Virus record (IMG/VR): IMGVR_UViG_3300029258_002750
Location: 62,001 to 126,000 of that record
Reading direction: 5' to 3' (one strand)
Length of the DNA stretch: 64,000 nucleotides
Made by a program: the position numbers and the translations under genes. Of the stretch, positions 19,916-29,330 are shown piece after piece (the first letter of the stretch is position 1; each line of letters begins with the position of its first letter). The notes under the pieces are model-generated. The model worked only from the letters and a program-made list of their open reading frames with translations. It was not told the origin of the DNA and did no database searches.

Positions 19916-22669
19916 ATGTCGTCACCCGTAAGTGCTGTTGGTGATAAGACTTCTGCCGTACAGCTCAAGCCCTACTTCACCAAGACCGATGATCCCTTCG
20001 AGGGGATCGAGTGGGATCGTCGCCGAGCTGTGATCCAGAACGCGGACGGGACCGTCGTGTTCGAGATGGAGGACGTGGAGGTTCCCGCGAGCTGGAGCCA
20101 GCGCGCGACCGACATTGTCGTCTCGAAGTACTTCCGCAAGGGAGGCGTGCCCAAGACGAAGACCGAGACATCGGTTCGCCAGGTGGTGCACCGGATCGCC
20201 GATGCACTCTCATCGGCCGGGCAGCACCAGGGCTACTTCACACCGGAGACCGGCCGCATCTTCTACCGCGAGCTGGCGCACCTCCTCGTGAACCAGGTCG
20301 GCTGCTTCAACTCGCCGGTCCTGTTCAACGTCGGACTGGCCGAGAGCTACAACATCACCGGCGAGTCAGCTGGCAACTGGGCCTGGGTCGAATCGCTGGG
20401 CGAGGCGGTCCAGACGACCGACGGTTACTCGCGCGCTCAGGCTTCGGCCTGCTTCATCCGCTCAGTCGAGGACGACCTCATGTCAATCGCCGAGGGCATC
20501 AAGACCGAGATGCGCCTCTTCAAATACGGAAGCGGCACTGGAACCAATTTCTCCCGCCTGCGCGCGATCGGGGAACCGCTCTCCAGCGGCGGATCTTCGT
20601 CGGGCGTGATGAGCTTCTTGCGCGCGTACGATACGGCGGCCGGATCGGTCAAATCGGGCGGCGCAACGCGCCGGGCTGCGAAGATGGTAATCCTCGACGC
20701 CGACCACCCGGACGTCGAGCGGTTCATCGACTGGAAGGTGCAAGAGGAGAGGAAGGCGAAGGCGCTCATTGCTGCCGGGTTCTCCGGCGGCATCGACGGC
20801 GAGGCATACAGGACCGTCTCTGGGCAGAACGCGAACAACACGGTGCGGGTAACCGATGGCTTCATGCGCGCGACCGAGAAGGGCGATGAGTGGTCAACAC
20901 GGTTCCGCACGTCGGGCGAGGTTGCCACGAAGCTCGACGCGAAGAAGCTGCTCCGCAAGATCGCGTCGGCCGTCTGGGAGTGCGGCGACCCTGGCATCCA
21001 GTTCCACGACACGATCAACAAGTGGAATCCGACGCCGAACGCTGGGAAGATCAGGGCCTCGAACCCGTGCGGCGAGTTCATGTTCGTCGATGAGTCGGCC
21101 TGCAATCTGGCCAGCCTGAACCTGGTCAAGTTCCTCCATTCCGACGGCACGTTCGACATCGAGAGCTTCCGCCAGGCGTGCAGGGTTTTCATCCTCGCCC
21201 AGGAGATCATCGTCGACTACGCGAGCTACCCGACGAAGAAGATCGCCGAGAACAGCCACCGGCTCCGGCCCCTCGGCCTGGGCTACGCGAACCTCGGCGG
21301 TCTGCTCATGCGGATGGGGCTCCCTTACGACAGCGACGAGGGCCGTGCCGTCTGCTCGGCCATCACCGCGCTGATGAGCGGAACCGCCTGGGAGATGTCG
21401 GCCGAGATCGCGATGCGCGTCGGGCCGTTCACCGGCTTCGCGTTCAACAGGGACTCCATGCTCCGCGTCGGCCAGATGCACAAGGACGCGCTCGACGGCA
21501 TCCCGCAGAGTCCGATCCGTGACGAAGCGACACTCGCCTGGGAGCGCGCGCTTGACCTCGGTGGGCAGCACGGCTTCCGCAATGCGCAGTTGTCCTTGCT
21601 CGCCCCGACCGGGACCGTCTCGTTCCTGATGGACTGCGACACGACGGGGATCGAGCCGACCTACGCGCTGATCGCGCACAAGAAGCTCGCCGGTGGTGGG
21701 ACGATGAAGATCACCAGTGGCGCTGTGATCGAGGCTCTCCATGCGCTCGGCTACGAGCCGGACGCGCAGCGCGAGGTGGCCGAGTACATCGACGACAACG
21801 GGAAGATCGAGGGCGCGCCGCACGTCCGGCCGGAGCACTACCCGGTCTTCTCGTGTGCGACCGGCGAGGGCGCGATCACCCCGAAGGGCCACCTGGGCAT
21901 GATGGCCGCCGCGCAGCCGTTCCTCTGCGGTGGGATCTCCAAGACGTGCAACCTGCCGAAGAATGCGACCGTCGAGCAGATCGAGCAGCTCTACCGCGAC
22001 GCCTGGGAGATGGGGCTCAAGGCCGTGGCCGTGTTCCGTGCGGGCAGCAAGGGCTGCCAGGTGCTCACGTCGGGCCGGAAGAAGCGCCAGCCGGATGAGC
22101 CTGCGGCCGAGCGCGCTCAGGACGAGCAGGTCCGCGCGCGCCGTCGTCGCCACCGGCTACCGAAGCGCCGGACTGGCTTCACCCAGGAGGCAACGATCGG
22201 CGGGCACAAGGTCTACCTGCGGACCGGCGATTACGAGGACGGTTCCCTGGGCGAGATCTTCATCGACATGCACAAGGAGGGCGCGACGCTCCGCTCGCTC
22301 CTCAACACGGTGGCGATTTCCATCTCGTTGGGACTCCAACACGGCGTGCCGCTCGAGGAGTACGTGGACGCCTTTACGTGGACGCGCTTCCTTCCGGCCG
22401 GGCCGGTTGTCGGCCACGACCACGTCAAGACGGCGACCTCGATCATCGACTACATCTTCAAGGTGCTTGCGGTCGAGTACCTCGGCCGACACGACCTCGC
22501 CCACGTGCACCCGCTCAAGAGCAAAGGTGACGGCAGCGTAGAGCCGGTGCCGCCGACGAACGGTGCCTCCCGTGAGGCCCAGATCTGTCCGCGCTGTGGG
22601 GGCCTTACGCAGACGAGCGGAACGTGCAGCGTTTGCGTCTCGTGCGGAGAGACCACAGGCTGCTCCTAA
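19916..22669 (+). CDS. nrdJ: Class II (adenosylcobalamin-dependent) ribonucleotide reductase with C-terminal TSCPD domain and Zn ribbon
   Basis: FNSPV, SACF, GSGTG, RRAAKM, SNPCGE, APTGTVS..DCDTTGIEP, GGISKTCN; C-terminal CPRC...CSVCVSCGETTGCS. Confidence 0.95.
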   Translation: MSSPVSAVGDKTSAVQLKPYFTKTDDPFEGIEWDRRRAVIQNADGTVVFEMEDVEVPASWSQRATDIVVSKYFRKGGVPKTKTETSVRQVVHRIADALSSAGQHQGYFTPETGRIFYRELAHLLVNQVGCFNSPVLFNVGLAESYNITGESAGNWAWVESLGEAVQTTDGYSRAQASACFIRSVEDDLMSIAEGIKTEMRLFKYGSGTGTNFSRLRAIGEPLSSGGSSSGVMSFLRAYDTAAGSVKSGGATRRAAKMVILDADHPDVERFIDWKVQEERKAKALIAAGFSGGIDGEAYRTVSGQNANNTVRVTDGFMRATEKGDEWSTRFRTSGEVATKLDAKKLLRKIASAVWECGDPGIQFHDTINKWNPTPNAGKIRASNPCGEFMFVDESACNLASLNLVKFLHSDGTFDIESFRQACRVFILAQEIIVDYASYPTKKIAENSHRLRPLGLGYANLGGLLMRMGLPYDSDEGRAVCSAITALMSGTAWEMSAEIAMRVGPFTGFAFNRDSMLRVGQMHKDALDGIPQSPIRDEATLAWERALDLGGQHGFRNAQLSLLAPTGTVSFLMDCDTTGIEPTYALIAHKKLAGGGTMKITSGAVIEALHALGYEPDAQREVAEYIDDNGKIEGAPHVRPEHYPVFSCATGEGAITPKGHLGMMAAAQPFLCGGISKTCNLPKNATVEQIEQLYRDAWEMGLKAVAVFRAGSKGCQVLTSGRKKRQPDEPAAERAQDEQVRARRRRHRLPKRRTGFTQEATIGGHKVYLRTGDYEDGSLGEIFIDMHKEGATLRSLLNTVAISISLGLQHGVPLEEYVDAFTWTRFLPAGPVVGHDHVKTATSIIDYIFKVLAVEYLGRHDLAHVHPLKSKGDGSVEPVPPTNGASREAQICPRCGGLTQTSGTCSVCVSCGETTGCS

Positions 22670-22694
22670 GCCCACTGGCTGTTAGTATCGACGT

Positions 22695-23345
22695 ATGAAC
22701 GAAGCGCTCATGGCCGCCTTTATCGCAATGGCCCTGGCGTTGGTCGAGGGCTTCAAGTACGCCATCGGCCGACTCAAGGAACGCGACGCCGAGAAGAAGG
22801 CACAACAGCAGGCCGACAAGGACAAGAAGGACGGGAAGCCTGTCAGCGCTGACGACAAGCTGAACAACCTCCTCGAGCTGGTCTCAGCGATGCGGACGGA
22901 GAGCGCGGACCTGCACAAGTGGCACGCGGTCGATGACCCGGCGCAACCCGGCGTGAAGGTCTGGTGGAACACCGACAGACAACAGGCGCTCTCGCTGGAG
23001 ATGGACGAGAAGCTGGATGCGCTGACGACGATGCTCGCGAGCATGAGGGACGTTCATCGGACGTGCAACGAGGGTCAGATCGACTTCATTCAGAAGATGC
23101 GAGACGAGAACGAAGCACTTAGGAGGCGTATCGACGAGTTGCACGAGCTTCGAGTGGCCGACCGAGATACTCTGTACGAACGTGTCATCGGCGTCACCGA
23201 GTCATTCTCTCGACGGATCGAGGAGGGAATCTCTGGCACCGGGACTGGGTCGGGAACCGGGCCGGTTGATACCACAGGCAGGTTCCACAAGAAGTCGGAA
23301 CAGCAACCTTCGGGCGAAGACAACGGGGAAGAGGTTCAAGCATGA
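22695..23345 (+). CDS. Membrane-anchored coiled-coil protein
   Basis: N-terminal hydrophobic helix; TAGTAT-N6-ATG leaderless start. Confidence 0.55.
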   Translation: MNEALMAAFIAMALALVEGFKYAIGRLKERDAEKKAQQQADKDKKDGKPVSADDKLNNLLELVSAMRTESADLHKWHAVDDPAQPGVKVWWNTDRQQALSLEMDEKLDALTTMLASMRDVHRTCNEGQIDFIQKMRDENEALRRRIDELHELRVADRDTLYERVIGVTESFSRRIEEGISGTGTGSGTGPVDTTGRFHKKSEQQPSGEDNGEEVQA

Positions 23346-23632
23346 CCGTTCAGCCGCTCAGTCGAGAGCCATCTGCGGAAGAGGCGGGTCGCGAGAGGGA
23401 GCTGCAAGGGCGGCTTCGGGCGGCTGAAGCGCGCCTCATCCAGACAGCGGTCAAGCTACTCAAGAGTGCGAAGCGAGAGGACGTTGTCCGTCAGGTGGTG
23501 CTGGAGGCAGCTGGCGAAGTCTCACCAATGAACGGCAATTCGCCCGTGCACGACATCGTCCCGTTCTGGGACGACCTCACGAAGAGCCAGCAGCACAAGG
23601 TCGGCGGGATGCTGCGCGAGAACGGGGACTAG
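23342..23632 (+). CDS. Hypothetical protein
   Basis: ATGA overlap; ends convergent with 23629 ORF. Confidence 0.45.
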   Translation: MTVQPLSREPSAEEAGRERELQGRLRAAEARLIQTAVKLLKSAKREDVVRQVVLEAAGEVSPMNGNSPVHDIVPFWDDLTKSQQHKVGGMLRENGD

Positions 23633-24246
23633 GCGCGCCGCTTTCTTCGCCGCCTCGCTCCGAGAATCTCGAACGCCTCGTCGCTAACCGCGTCCTCTGT
23701 CTCCGGCGGGAGTCGACGCAGCAGTCCCTTGAACTCCCGCTTGAGCACCAAGTTCTCGTGCTCCAGCTTCTTGATCCGCGCGGCCCATTCGTTTTCGCGC
23801 TGGACGCTGTCCTTGACCTCCAGTGACGGGGCCAGGTCGCGGAGGAGCTGCTTGAAGGTGGCCTTCGACAGTTTGCCGCGCCCGCCCTTCCCGATGCGCT
23901 TCAGCACCTCGTCGTGAACCGCCTTTCGCTCGCGCGCCTTGGGGATGCGCTCGAGCTGAGAGACGCCGCCGCTCCAGCCGAGCCGTTCCCAGATCGCCTT
24001 CTCGGGCGCGCTCTTGAGCGCCGAGATCATGCGGCGGGCCGTCTTGATCTTGTTGCTGTCCAGACCGAGACCATCGGCCGGATCGGCCAGGAACTCCCGG
24101 AACTCGTCCGGCGACGTGCAGTCGCCCCAGAGGCCCTGGTAGCCCTTGGCCAGGTCCCATTCGGCCCCGCCGACCTTCTTGATCGCCTTCGCGATCTTGG
24201 TCTTGTGGGCCTGGAACTTCTTCAGCTTGAATCTCGGAGTAGCCAT
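23629..24246 (-). CDS. Hypothetical basic helical protein
   Basis: GGAG RBS; codon usage like neighbours. Confidence 0.6.
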   Translation of the reverse strand: MATPRFKLKKFQAHKTKIAKAIKKVGGAEWDLAKGYQGLWGDCTSPDEFREFLADPADGLGLDSNKIKTARRMISALKSAPEKAIWERLGWSGGVSQLERIPKARERKAVHDEVLKRIGKGGRGKLSKATFKQLLRDLAPSLEVKDSVQRENEWAARIKKLEHENLVLKREFKGLLRRLPPETEDAVSDEAFEILGARRRRKRRA

Positions 24247-24255
24247 GATGACGTT

Positions 24256-25620
24256 CTACCTCGCTCTCCTGCTTTCGGAGCGCTCGTCCACCGTTTTGGG
24301 GACCAGCTCTGTCCGAAGGTACTTGAGATCCCGGGTAACCTCGTCCACGCGGGCGTCCAGCTCGGAGACCTGCTGGGACCCCTCGTAGCCGAGTGCTTCA
24401 CGCAGCTCACCGCCGGACTCGATCTCCTCGACCAGGGTCTCGGCGATGCCACTGACCACCTTGAGGCTCCCGAGCGCTGCCTTCAGGCGCTCGCGGACGC
24501 GGTGGGGGTAGAACTCCATCCCGTCCACGACCACGCGGCCGTCGCCGCGACGCTTGTCGACTGCCTGGGCCAGCCGAGGCCCCTCACCGCTCTCGTCGTT
24601 GTTGTAGCCGTTCACGAAGAAGCCGAGATCGGCGAGTGACAGCTCATGTTCGGCCAGGAGCCCCTCGACCTCCATGATTGCAGCACCGATTGCGTGATAG
24701 CTGACCGGATCTTCGACGCCCGCGTCGTAAGCGGCCCGCGCCGCGTGCTTCTCGAGCGGCGTCTCCCAGTCGCGATCCTCCTCGAACTCGGGGGTGAGTT
24801 GGACCTCACCTGTGTCGCTGAGGGCCGACGAGATCGCTGCGTCTTCGCAGGTTCGACAGAGCCGCCGACCTTCCATCTTGGACCTGAGGCAGCAGACAGG
24901 GCAGAGCATGTTTTCGAGGCGCAGCCTCTCCAGCTCGGCCTCGCGCTCCTCCTGTTCTCGTTTGATCCGAGCGGCCTCTTCCTCCGCCCGGCGCTGGCGC
25001 TCGTTCTCCTCTTCCTCCTGCACGATGATCTGAAGCGCGTCGAGCTGTGTGATGCGCTCGGCCTTCTTCTGCTCATACTCATCGACGAAGTCCGAGAGCG
25101 ACAGGGGGTCGTCGGTTAGCACCGCGTTGCAGCGCTGGTGGTAGTCGATGATCTCGATCAGCTTCGCGACCGCGTTCGGGATCTTGCATCCGTTGCGCAG
25201 CCACCCGAGCACGTCCTCCGAGTCGAGGCCGCTCGCTCGGGCGACGCCGCGATGCCCCTCTTGGACCATCGCGCAGACGGCCTGCACGTCCGGCGCGTAC
25301 ATGATCCGCATGACGTCTTTGAGTTCGACGTTGCTGTCCACGGCCCGTACGAAGACGCTCTCGATCCGCTCGCCCTTCCAGGTGGCGGACGACTGGAACT
25401 CGTCCATGTCGTTGAGGAGTGAGAGCGCGGCCACGAGACGCGTGGTCGCCTCGCCACGGTCGCCTCCGTTGGTCTGGCCACAGGCGTGGAGGAGCGACTT
25501 GACCTTGACGGTGATGAACCTGTGCGCGACGACGTCCGTGCGCAGGCCGAGGAGGGTCTGACGAACAGCGTCGGCGTCGCGGAAGACCGTCTTGGGGATT
25601 GCTGGTGCCTCGTCGCTCAT
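24256..25620 (-). CDS. Hypothetical coiled-coil protein with CxxC-CxxC module
   Basis: 454-aa ORF; E/R-rich coiled coil; LCPVCC...LCRTC. Confidence 0.6.
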   Translation of the reverse strand: MSDEAPAIPKTVFRDADAVRQTLLGLRTDVVAHRFITVKVKSLLHACGQTNGGDRGEATTRLVAALSLLNDMDEFQSSATWKGERIESVFVRAVDSNVELKDVMRIMYAPDVQAVCAMVQEGHRGVARASGLDSEDVLGWLRNGCKIPNAVAKLIEIIDYHQRCNAVLTDDPLSLSDFVDEYEQKKAERITQLDALQIIVQEEEENERQRRAEEEAARIKREQEEREAELERLRLENMLCPVCCLRSKMEGRRLCRTCEDAAISSALSDTGEVQLTPEFEEDRDWETPLEKHAARAAYDAGVEDPVSYHAIGAAIMEVEGLLAEHELSLADLGFFVNGYNNDESGEGPRLAQAVDKRRGDGRVVVDGMEFYPHRVRERLKAALGSLKVVSGIAETLVEEIESGGELREALGYEGSQQVSELDARVDEVTRDLKYLRTELVPKTVDERSESRRAR

Positions 25621-25661
25621 GTCTGGTCTCTGTCCTTTACGCCCCTGGTTCTACCCAAGGC

Positions 25662-26204
25662 TCACCGGCGCTTTCCTTTCTTCTGGTCTGCGCTGACCTT
25701 CTTCGCGAGTCGGATACCGAGCTTCGCCATGCCGCGCTTCGCCTGCTTGACGACGGCCTCGCCGATACCAGGCATCTCACTGAGTTGCTTCTCGGTCATG
25801 CCAGCGAGCTGACCGATCGTCGTGATCCCGGCCTTCTTCAGCCGCCACGTGTACCTCCTCCTGATAGGGAGAGATTCGATGGGCGCGGTCCCCGGGGGAT
25901 CGATCGTCAGTTTTCCGGTCCCCCCGCTGGCCGTGAACGAGGTGAGCATGGAACTGCCGCCTCCGCTGCCGCTGACGTAACCGGATCCCGCGCCTGGGAT
26001 TGGGATCAAGCCCTGGGCCGCGCGCTTCTCGGCCTCCTCGAGCAGACCCTCCATCTGGCGCACGCGCTCGGCGAGCTGGCTCGGCGCCTCGACGGCCATT
26101 TCCCAGGCGACACCGCCCGGGAGCTGGAAGAGGCGGGCGATCCGCCCGCCGTCTGAGATTACGTGGACGTTGCCCACCAGGGCGATCGTGAGCTTGTGCT
26201 TCAT
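25662..26204 (-). CDS. RNA polymerase alpha-subunit CTD-like (HhH) protein with N-terminal domain and Gly/Ser linker
   Basis: PIESLPI..R....LKKAGITTIGQLAGMTEKQLSEMPGIGEAVV...LAKLG matches alpha-CTD; GGAGG RBS before ATG 26204. Confidence 0.75.
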   Translation of the reverse strand: MKHKLTIALVGNVHVISDGGRIARLFQLPGGVAWEMAVEAPSQLAERVRQMEGLLEEAEKRAAQGLIPIPGAGSGYVSGSGGGSSMLTSFTASGGTGKLTIDPPGTAPIESLPIRRRYTWRLKKAGITTIGQLAGMTEKQLSEMPGIGEAVVKQAKRGMAKLGIRLAKKVSADQKKGKRR

Positions 26205-26225
26205 CGGATTGTGCCTCCACAAGAA

Positions 26226-26262
26226 GTTCTACCCGGGCCTCGTCGGCCGACCCGGGTATAAC
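26226..26262. promoter_or_regulatory. Back-to-back divergent promoters (GGGTAGAAC on -, GGGTATAAC on +)
   Basis: gttctacccggg...cccgggtataac inverted pair between divergent ORFs 26204(-) and 26268(+). Confidence 0.55.
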
Positions 26263-26267
26263 CCCCA

Positions 26268-26693
26268 GTGATGAAAGAGAAACTGACGTGCGACTGCGGC
26301 CGGAGCATTCCGGTGATCTCGCTCTGGACGGCTCTTGCCGAGGAGAAGGCGCTGAGATGCACAGAGTGCCGGGCTAGGATCACCAGGCAGAGCCTAATCG
26401 ATAGAGCTGACATGCTGGTCTACGGCCGCGTTGTGCTTGCGATCTACCGCCAGTTGCTCCGGTTCGGCTGGACCTCGGCCGACGCGATCACCAATGCGGT
26501 ACCCCAGGCCGATGACGGCCAGGCCATCGGCGGTCTACTCGCTGGTCTGGTCCGTGCCGGTCTAATCCGGCGCGGCGATCCGCCAGCGACGGTGTCGTCG
26601 GCGGTCGCCGGGCTCATCTCATCTCCATCGAGTCCGGTGTTCGTGCCGGGACCGACGTTCCCTGTGGAGGACGAGCGTGTCGAGACCAGCTAA
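26268..26693 (+). CDS. Zn-finger plus winged-helix-like protein
   Basis: CDC...CTEC, then helical region ending LAGLVRAGLIRR. Confidence 0.45.
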   Translation: MMKEKLTCDCGRSIPVISLWTALAEEKALRCTECRARITRQSLIDRADMLVYGRVVLAIYRQLLRFGWTSADAITNAVPQADDGQAIGGLLAGLVRAGLIRRGDPPATVSSAVAGLISSPSSPVFVPGPTFPVEDERVETS

Positions 26694-27120
26694 TCAGTCG
26701 ATTCGGGATGCGCTGAGATGTCCGAGGTGCGGCAAGCTAGGAAACATCCGTCCGAACGCGACGGGCACGAACGACCCGAATCTGTCGATTCAGCTGGCTT
26801 GCGTGGATTGCGGGTTCCTCGGCACGTTCTCGCCGCCTGACCCCATCGCCTGGAGCATGATCACGCCGCCGGACGCCGTGGAGCAGCTCCAGGCGTTCCT
26901 CGACAAGAACGCGCTGCCCGAGGACGCGGTGGACCTCCTTGCGACAATGCGCCGGAAGGACGAGCGGATCGAGGAGCTGGAGACGGAGATCAGGAAGATC
27001 GCCCAGATGACACACCAGGCGTACCATGGCGCCCATCCGCCGGACCTCTGCGACTGCACCTGGGACGAGTGTCCGCGCGGGATCTGCCGCCGAGCCCAGG
27101 ACGTGCTCGGGATGCGATGA
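26677..27120 (+). CDS. Zn-ribbon protein with C-terminal His/Cys motif
   Basis: CPRC...CVDC; C-terminal HQAYH...W.EC....C. Confidence 0.55.
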   Translation: MSRPANQSIRDALRCPRCGKLGNIRPNATGTNDPNLSIQLACVDCGFLGTFSPPDPIAWSMITPPDAVEQLQAFLDKNALPEDAVDLLATMRRKDERIEELETEIRKIAQMTHQAYHGAHPPDLCDCTWDECPRGICRRAQDVLGMR

Positions 27121-27663
27121 ATGCTGATCACCGAGCTGGGACCGTGGAACCTCAAGGACCACATGGAGGAGTCCCTCGTCGCCGTCAACGTGCTGGAGCG
27201 TGTCCGGTGCCCAGAGTGCGATCAGCGAGCGCGGGTCGGCTGGAAGCGGACAGGCACGGAGCTGGTCTCGACCGAGTTCTACTGTGTGGACTGCGGCTAC
27301 CTGGCTACCTTCGGGGGCACATTCTCGCTAGATACGCAGTGTCCGTCCGGTGTGCCGTTCTCGGATCACGTTGATGGGATGGCGATGATGGTACAGGCGA
27401 CTCTCTCCGACGCGCGGCAAGGCCAGTCGGCCGTGGACAAGCTCGCGAAGATCGCCTACGACGACATGGTCGCGAAGCTCAAGCCTCTCATCCTGCGCCA
27501 GGACTCGCTCGAGAAGGCGGTCGAGGAGTTGGCGCAGCGCTGCCACGCGGCGCACCACGTACACAGCACGCACATCGACAACTGGCGCGATTGCTGGAAG
27601 CCGGAGTGCGGGCGGATGAGGAGGCTCATGGAAGCCCGGATAGAGGTCGAAGGAGGAGAGTGA
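27121..27663 (+). CDS. Zn-ribbon protein, paralogous to upstream gene
   Basis: CPEC...CVDC; HAAHH...W.DC....C; carries SAVDKLAKIA. Confidence 0.55.
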   Translation: MLITELGPWNLKDHMEESLVAVNVLERVRCPECDQRARVGWKRTGTELVSTEFYCVDCGYLATFGGTFSLDTQCPSGVPFSDHVDGMAMMVQATLSDARQGQSAVDKLAKIAYDDMVAKLKPLILRQDSLEKAVEELAQRCHAAHHVHSTHIDNWRDCWKPECGRMRRLMEARIEVEGGE

Positions 27664-28175
27664 TGCTCATCACGTGTGCCCAGTGCGGTAACGATATCCC
27701 GATGACGAGGGACCTGCTCCAGAAGATGGAGGAGGCGGTGCGGCTCGATCACCCGATCTACTGTCCGGCGAAGGACTGCGACCGCCAGATCGGATCGGCC
27801 ACGCTTCGGTCGATCCTCTCCCGGGTCGCGGCCAAGCGTCGCCAGCCGAAGGTGAATCCCAAGGCGGTGAAGCAGAAGTCGGCCAAGGCGCTCGGCGGGG
27901 CCGGTATTCTCACGCAGCGAGACCTGGTCGAGCTGTCCGCAGGGGCGAAGCGAGTCGCCGACATGATGGGCGACGGGCTCTGGTACGAGGCTGACGAGAT
28001 CCGCACGGCGGCTGGGGAGAACGGGCGCCCGGCGAGCGAGGGGCTCCGGCGGCTCCGAGAGCTGCGCGACCTGCCTGGCATCGTGGTCGACAAGATGAAG
28101 AAGCCGGGCGCGTCGCGGATCTGGCTGTACCGGCTGCGGCGCGTTGCGAAGACGAAGGCGGGCGCCGGTGCCTGA
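27663..28175 (+). CDS. Zn-ribbon plus winged-HTH protein
   Basis: CAQC...CPAKDC; VADMMGDGLWYEADEI...SEGLRRLRELRD. Confidence 0.55.
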   Translation: MLITCAQCGNDIPMTRDLLQKMEEAVRLDHPIYCPAKDCDRQIGSATLRSILSRVAAKRRQPKVNPKAVKQKSAKALGGAGILTQRDLVELSAGAKRVADMMGDGLWYEADEIRTAAGENGRPASEGLRRLRELRDLPGIVVDKMKKPGASRIWLYRLRRVAKTKAGAGA

Positions 28176-28581
28176 CGAGCCTCTCCAGATCAGCGTGAGC
28201 TACCCGATGGACGGTCTGCTGAACGCGAACGGCCGGGTCTACCCGCCCGAGCTGTTCAAGGAGGCGATGGAGAAGGCTGCGCGAGAGGGGAAGCTCAAGG
28301 TCGACATCGGTGGCACCCAGGAGCCCTGGCTGAAGGGCAAGCCGATCACGCTCGGCAACAAGCGGTTCGTCGACCCCAAGATGCAGATCGAGAGCATGGA
28401 CATGGGACCAGACGGCGAGCTACAGGCGACGATCCGTGTCGAGGAGCAGGCCGGGGCGGTGGATCAGCTGGCGGCGGTAGCCCGCGACGATGAAGATGTC
28501 CTCGATCGATGCCGTGACGCCGGTCTGGGCAGCTCGTCGAAGTCCACGAAGGTGTCGGAGGGCGACGGCCAGACGCGCTGA
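28168..28581 (+). CDS. Degenerate T4 gp21-like prohead protease fragment
   Basis: LNANGRVYPPELFKEAM matches the gp21-family N-x-NGRxYP motif; catalytic GELxHP and SSR motifs not seen. Confidence 0.45.
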   Translation: MPDEPLQISVSYPMDGLLNANGRVYPPELFKEAMEKAAREGKLKVDIGGTQEPWLKGKPITLGNKRFVDPKMQIESMDMGPDGELQATIRVEEQAGAVDQLAAVARDDEDVLDRCRDAGLGSSSKSTKVSEGDGQTR

Positions 28582-29321
28582 AGGTTGCCGCCGAGCGAGG
28601 CTGCGAGCAGGAGGTAGGAACGCCCGTTGATCTGGACGTGGTAGACGATCTCCCCCGGGGCGCATCTCCGAGCGTTGCGGTAGCCCAGCGGTGGGCAGCG
28701 GCCGGTGGCGGCTAGCGCCGTGTTGAGTACCTCGTCCACTATCTCGAGGCGCCGTCGTAGGCGATCGACTCGGTCTCGCGCCGCATCGTACTCCACGCCG
28801 AGTTCGATTTCGTCTGGTCGCGGAAGGCACGCGAGACGATCGATCGCGTTCTCCGGGTCTCGTTCCGTGTGCTCGAACCACTCGTCGATGTCGTAGCTCT
28901 CCTGGTTGCCGTGCTCGTCCCACTTCGTGAACTGCTCTTGTCCTGTGCCTGACCACTTACGATGGAAGATGCGGCCGATCTTCTTCGAGCGCTCGCGAAC
29001 CTCTCCGAACGTCGGAATAGCCTTCTCGTGCAGGACGCGCAGGATGCGCCAGCGAAGGGCCTCGATCGCGCGGATGTCGGTGAGCTTGTCGCGACGGACG
29101 ATCCAGGCGGTGTTGTAACCGTGCTTCTCGATGCAGACGTACCAGCGCTCGAGCGGGTGTCTCCAGATTCGCCGGTGCTTGGGTGGGTAGACCCAGCCGT
29201 CCGCGTCCAGCTCGTAGTCGTAGATGCCGCGTGACATCGAGTAGACGGAGCCATCGTCGCGGATGCCGCCAACGAAGGTGTAGAGCGCGATCTTCTTGTC
29301 GCGCTTCTCGTTCAGATTCAT
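28464..29321 (-). CDS. Hypothetical protein
   Basis: 285-aa ORF with GGGTAGAAC-N6-ATG start. Confidence 0.6.
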   Translation of the reverse strand: MNLNEKRDKKIALYTFVGGIRDDGSVYSMSRGIYDYELDADGWVYPPKHRRIWRHPLERWYVCIEKHGYNTAWIVRRDKLTDIRAIEALRWRILRVLHEKAIPTFGEVRERSKKIGRIFHRKWSGTGQEQFTKWDEHGNQESYDIDEWFEHTERDPENAIDRLACLPRPDEIELGVEYDAARDRVDRLRRRLEIVDEVLNTALAATGRCPPLGYRNARRCAPGEIVYHVQINGRSYLLLAASLGGNLQRVWPSPSDTFVDFDELPRPASRHRSRTSSSSRATAAS

Positions 29322-29330
29322 ACCACCGTT

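Noticed and set aside
19790-19916. NrdR box or cobalamin riboswitch upstream of nrdJ
   Set aside because: No NrdR-box consensus; region too short and lacks B12-box features
22695-23345. Holin/spanin call for this and the 33034 membrane protein
   Set aside because: Single TM plus coiled coil only; no endolysin or lipobox nearby
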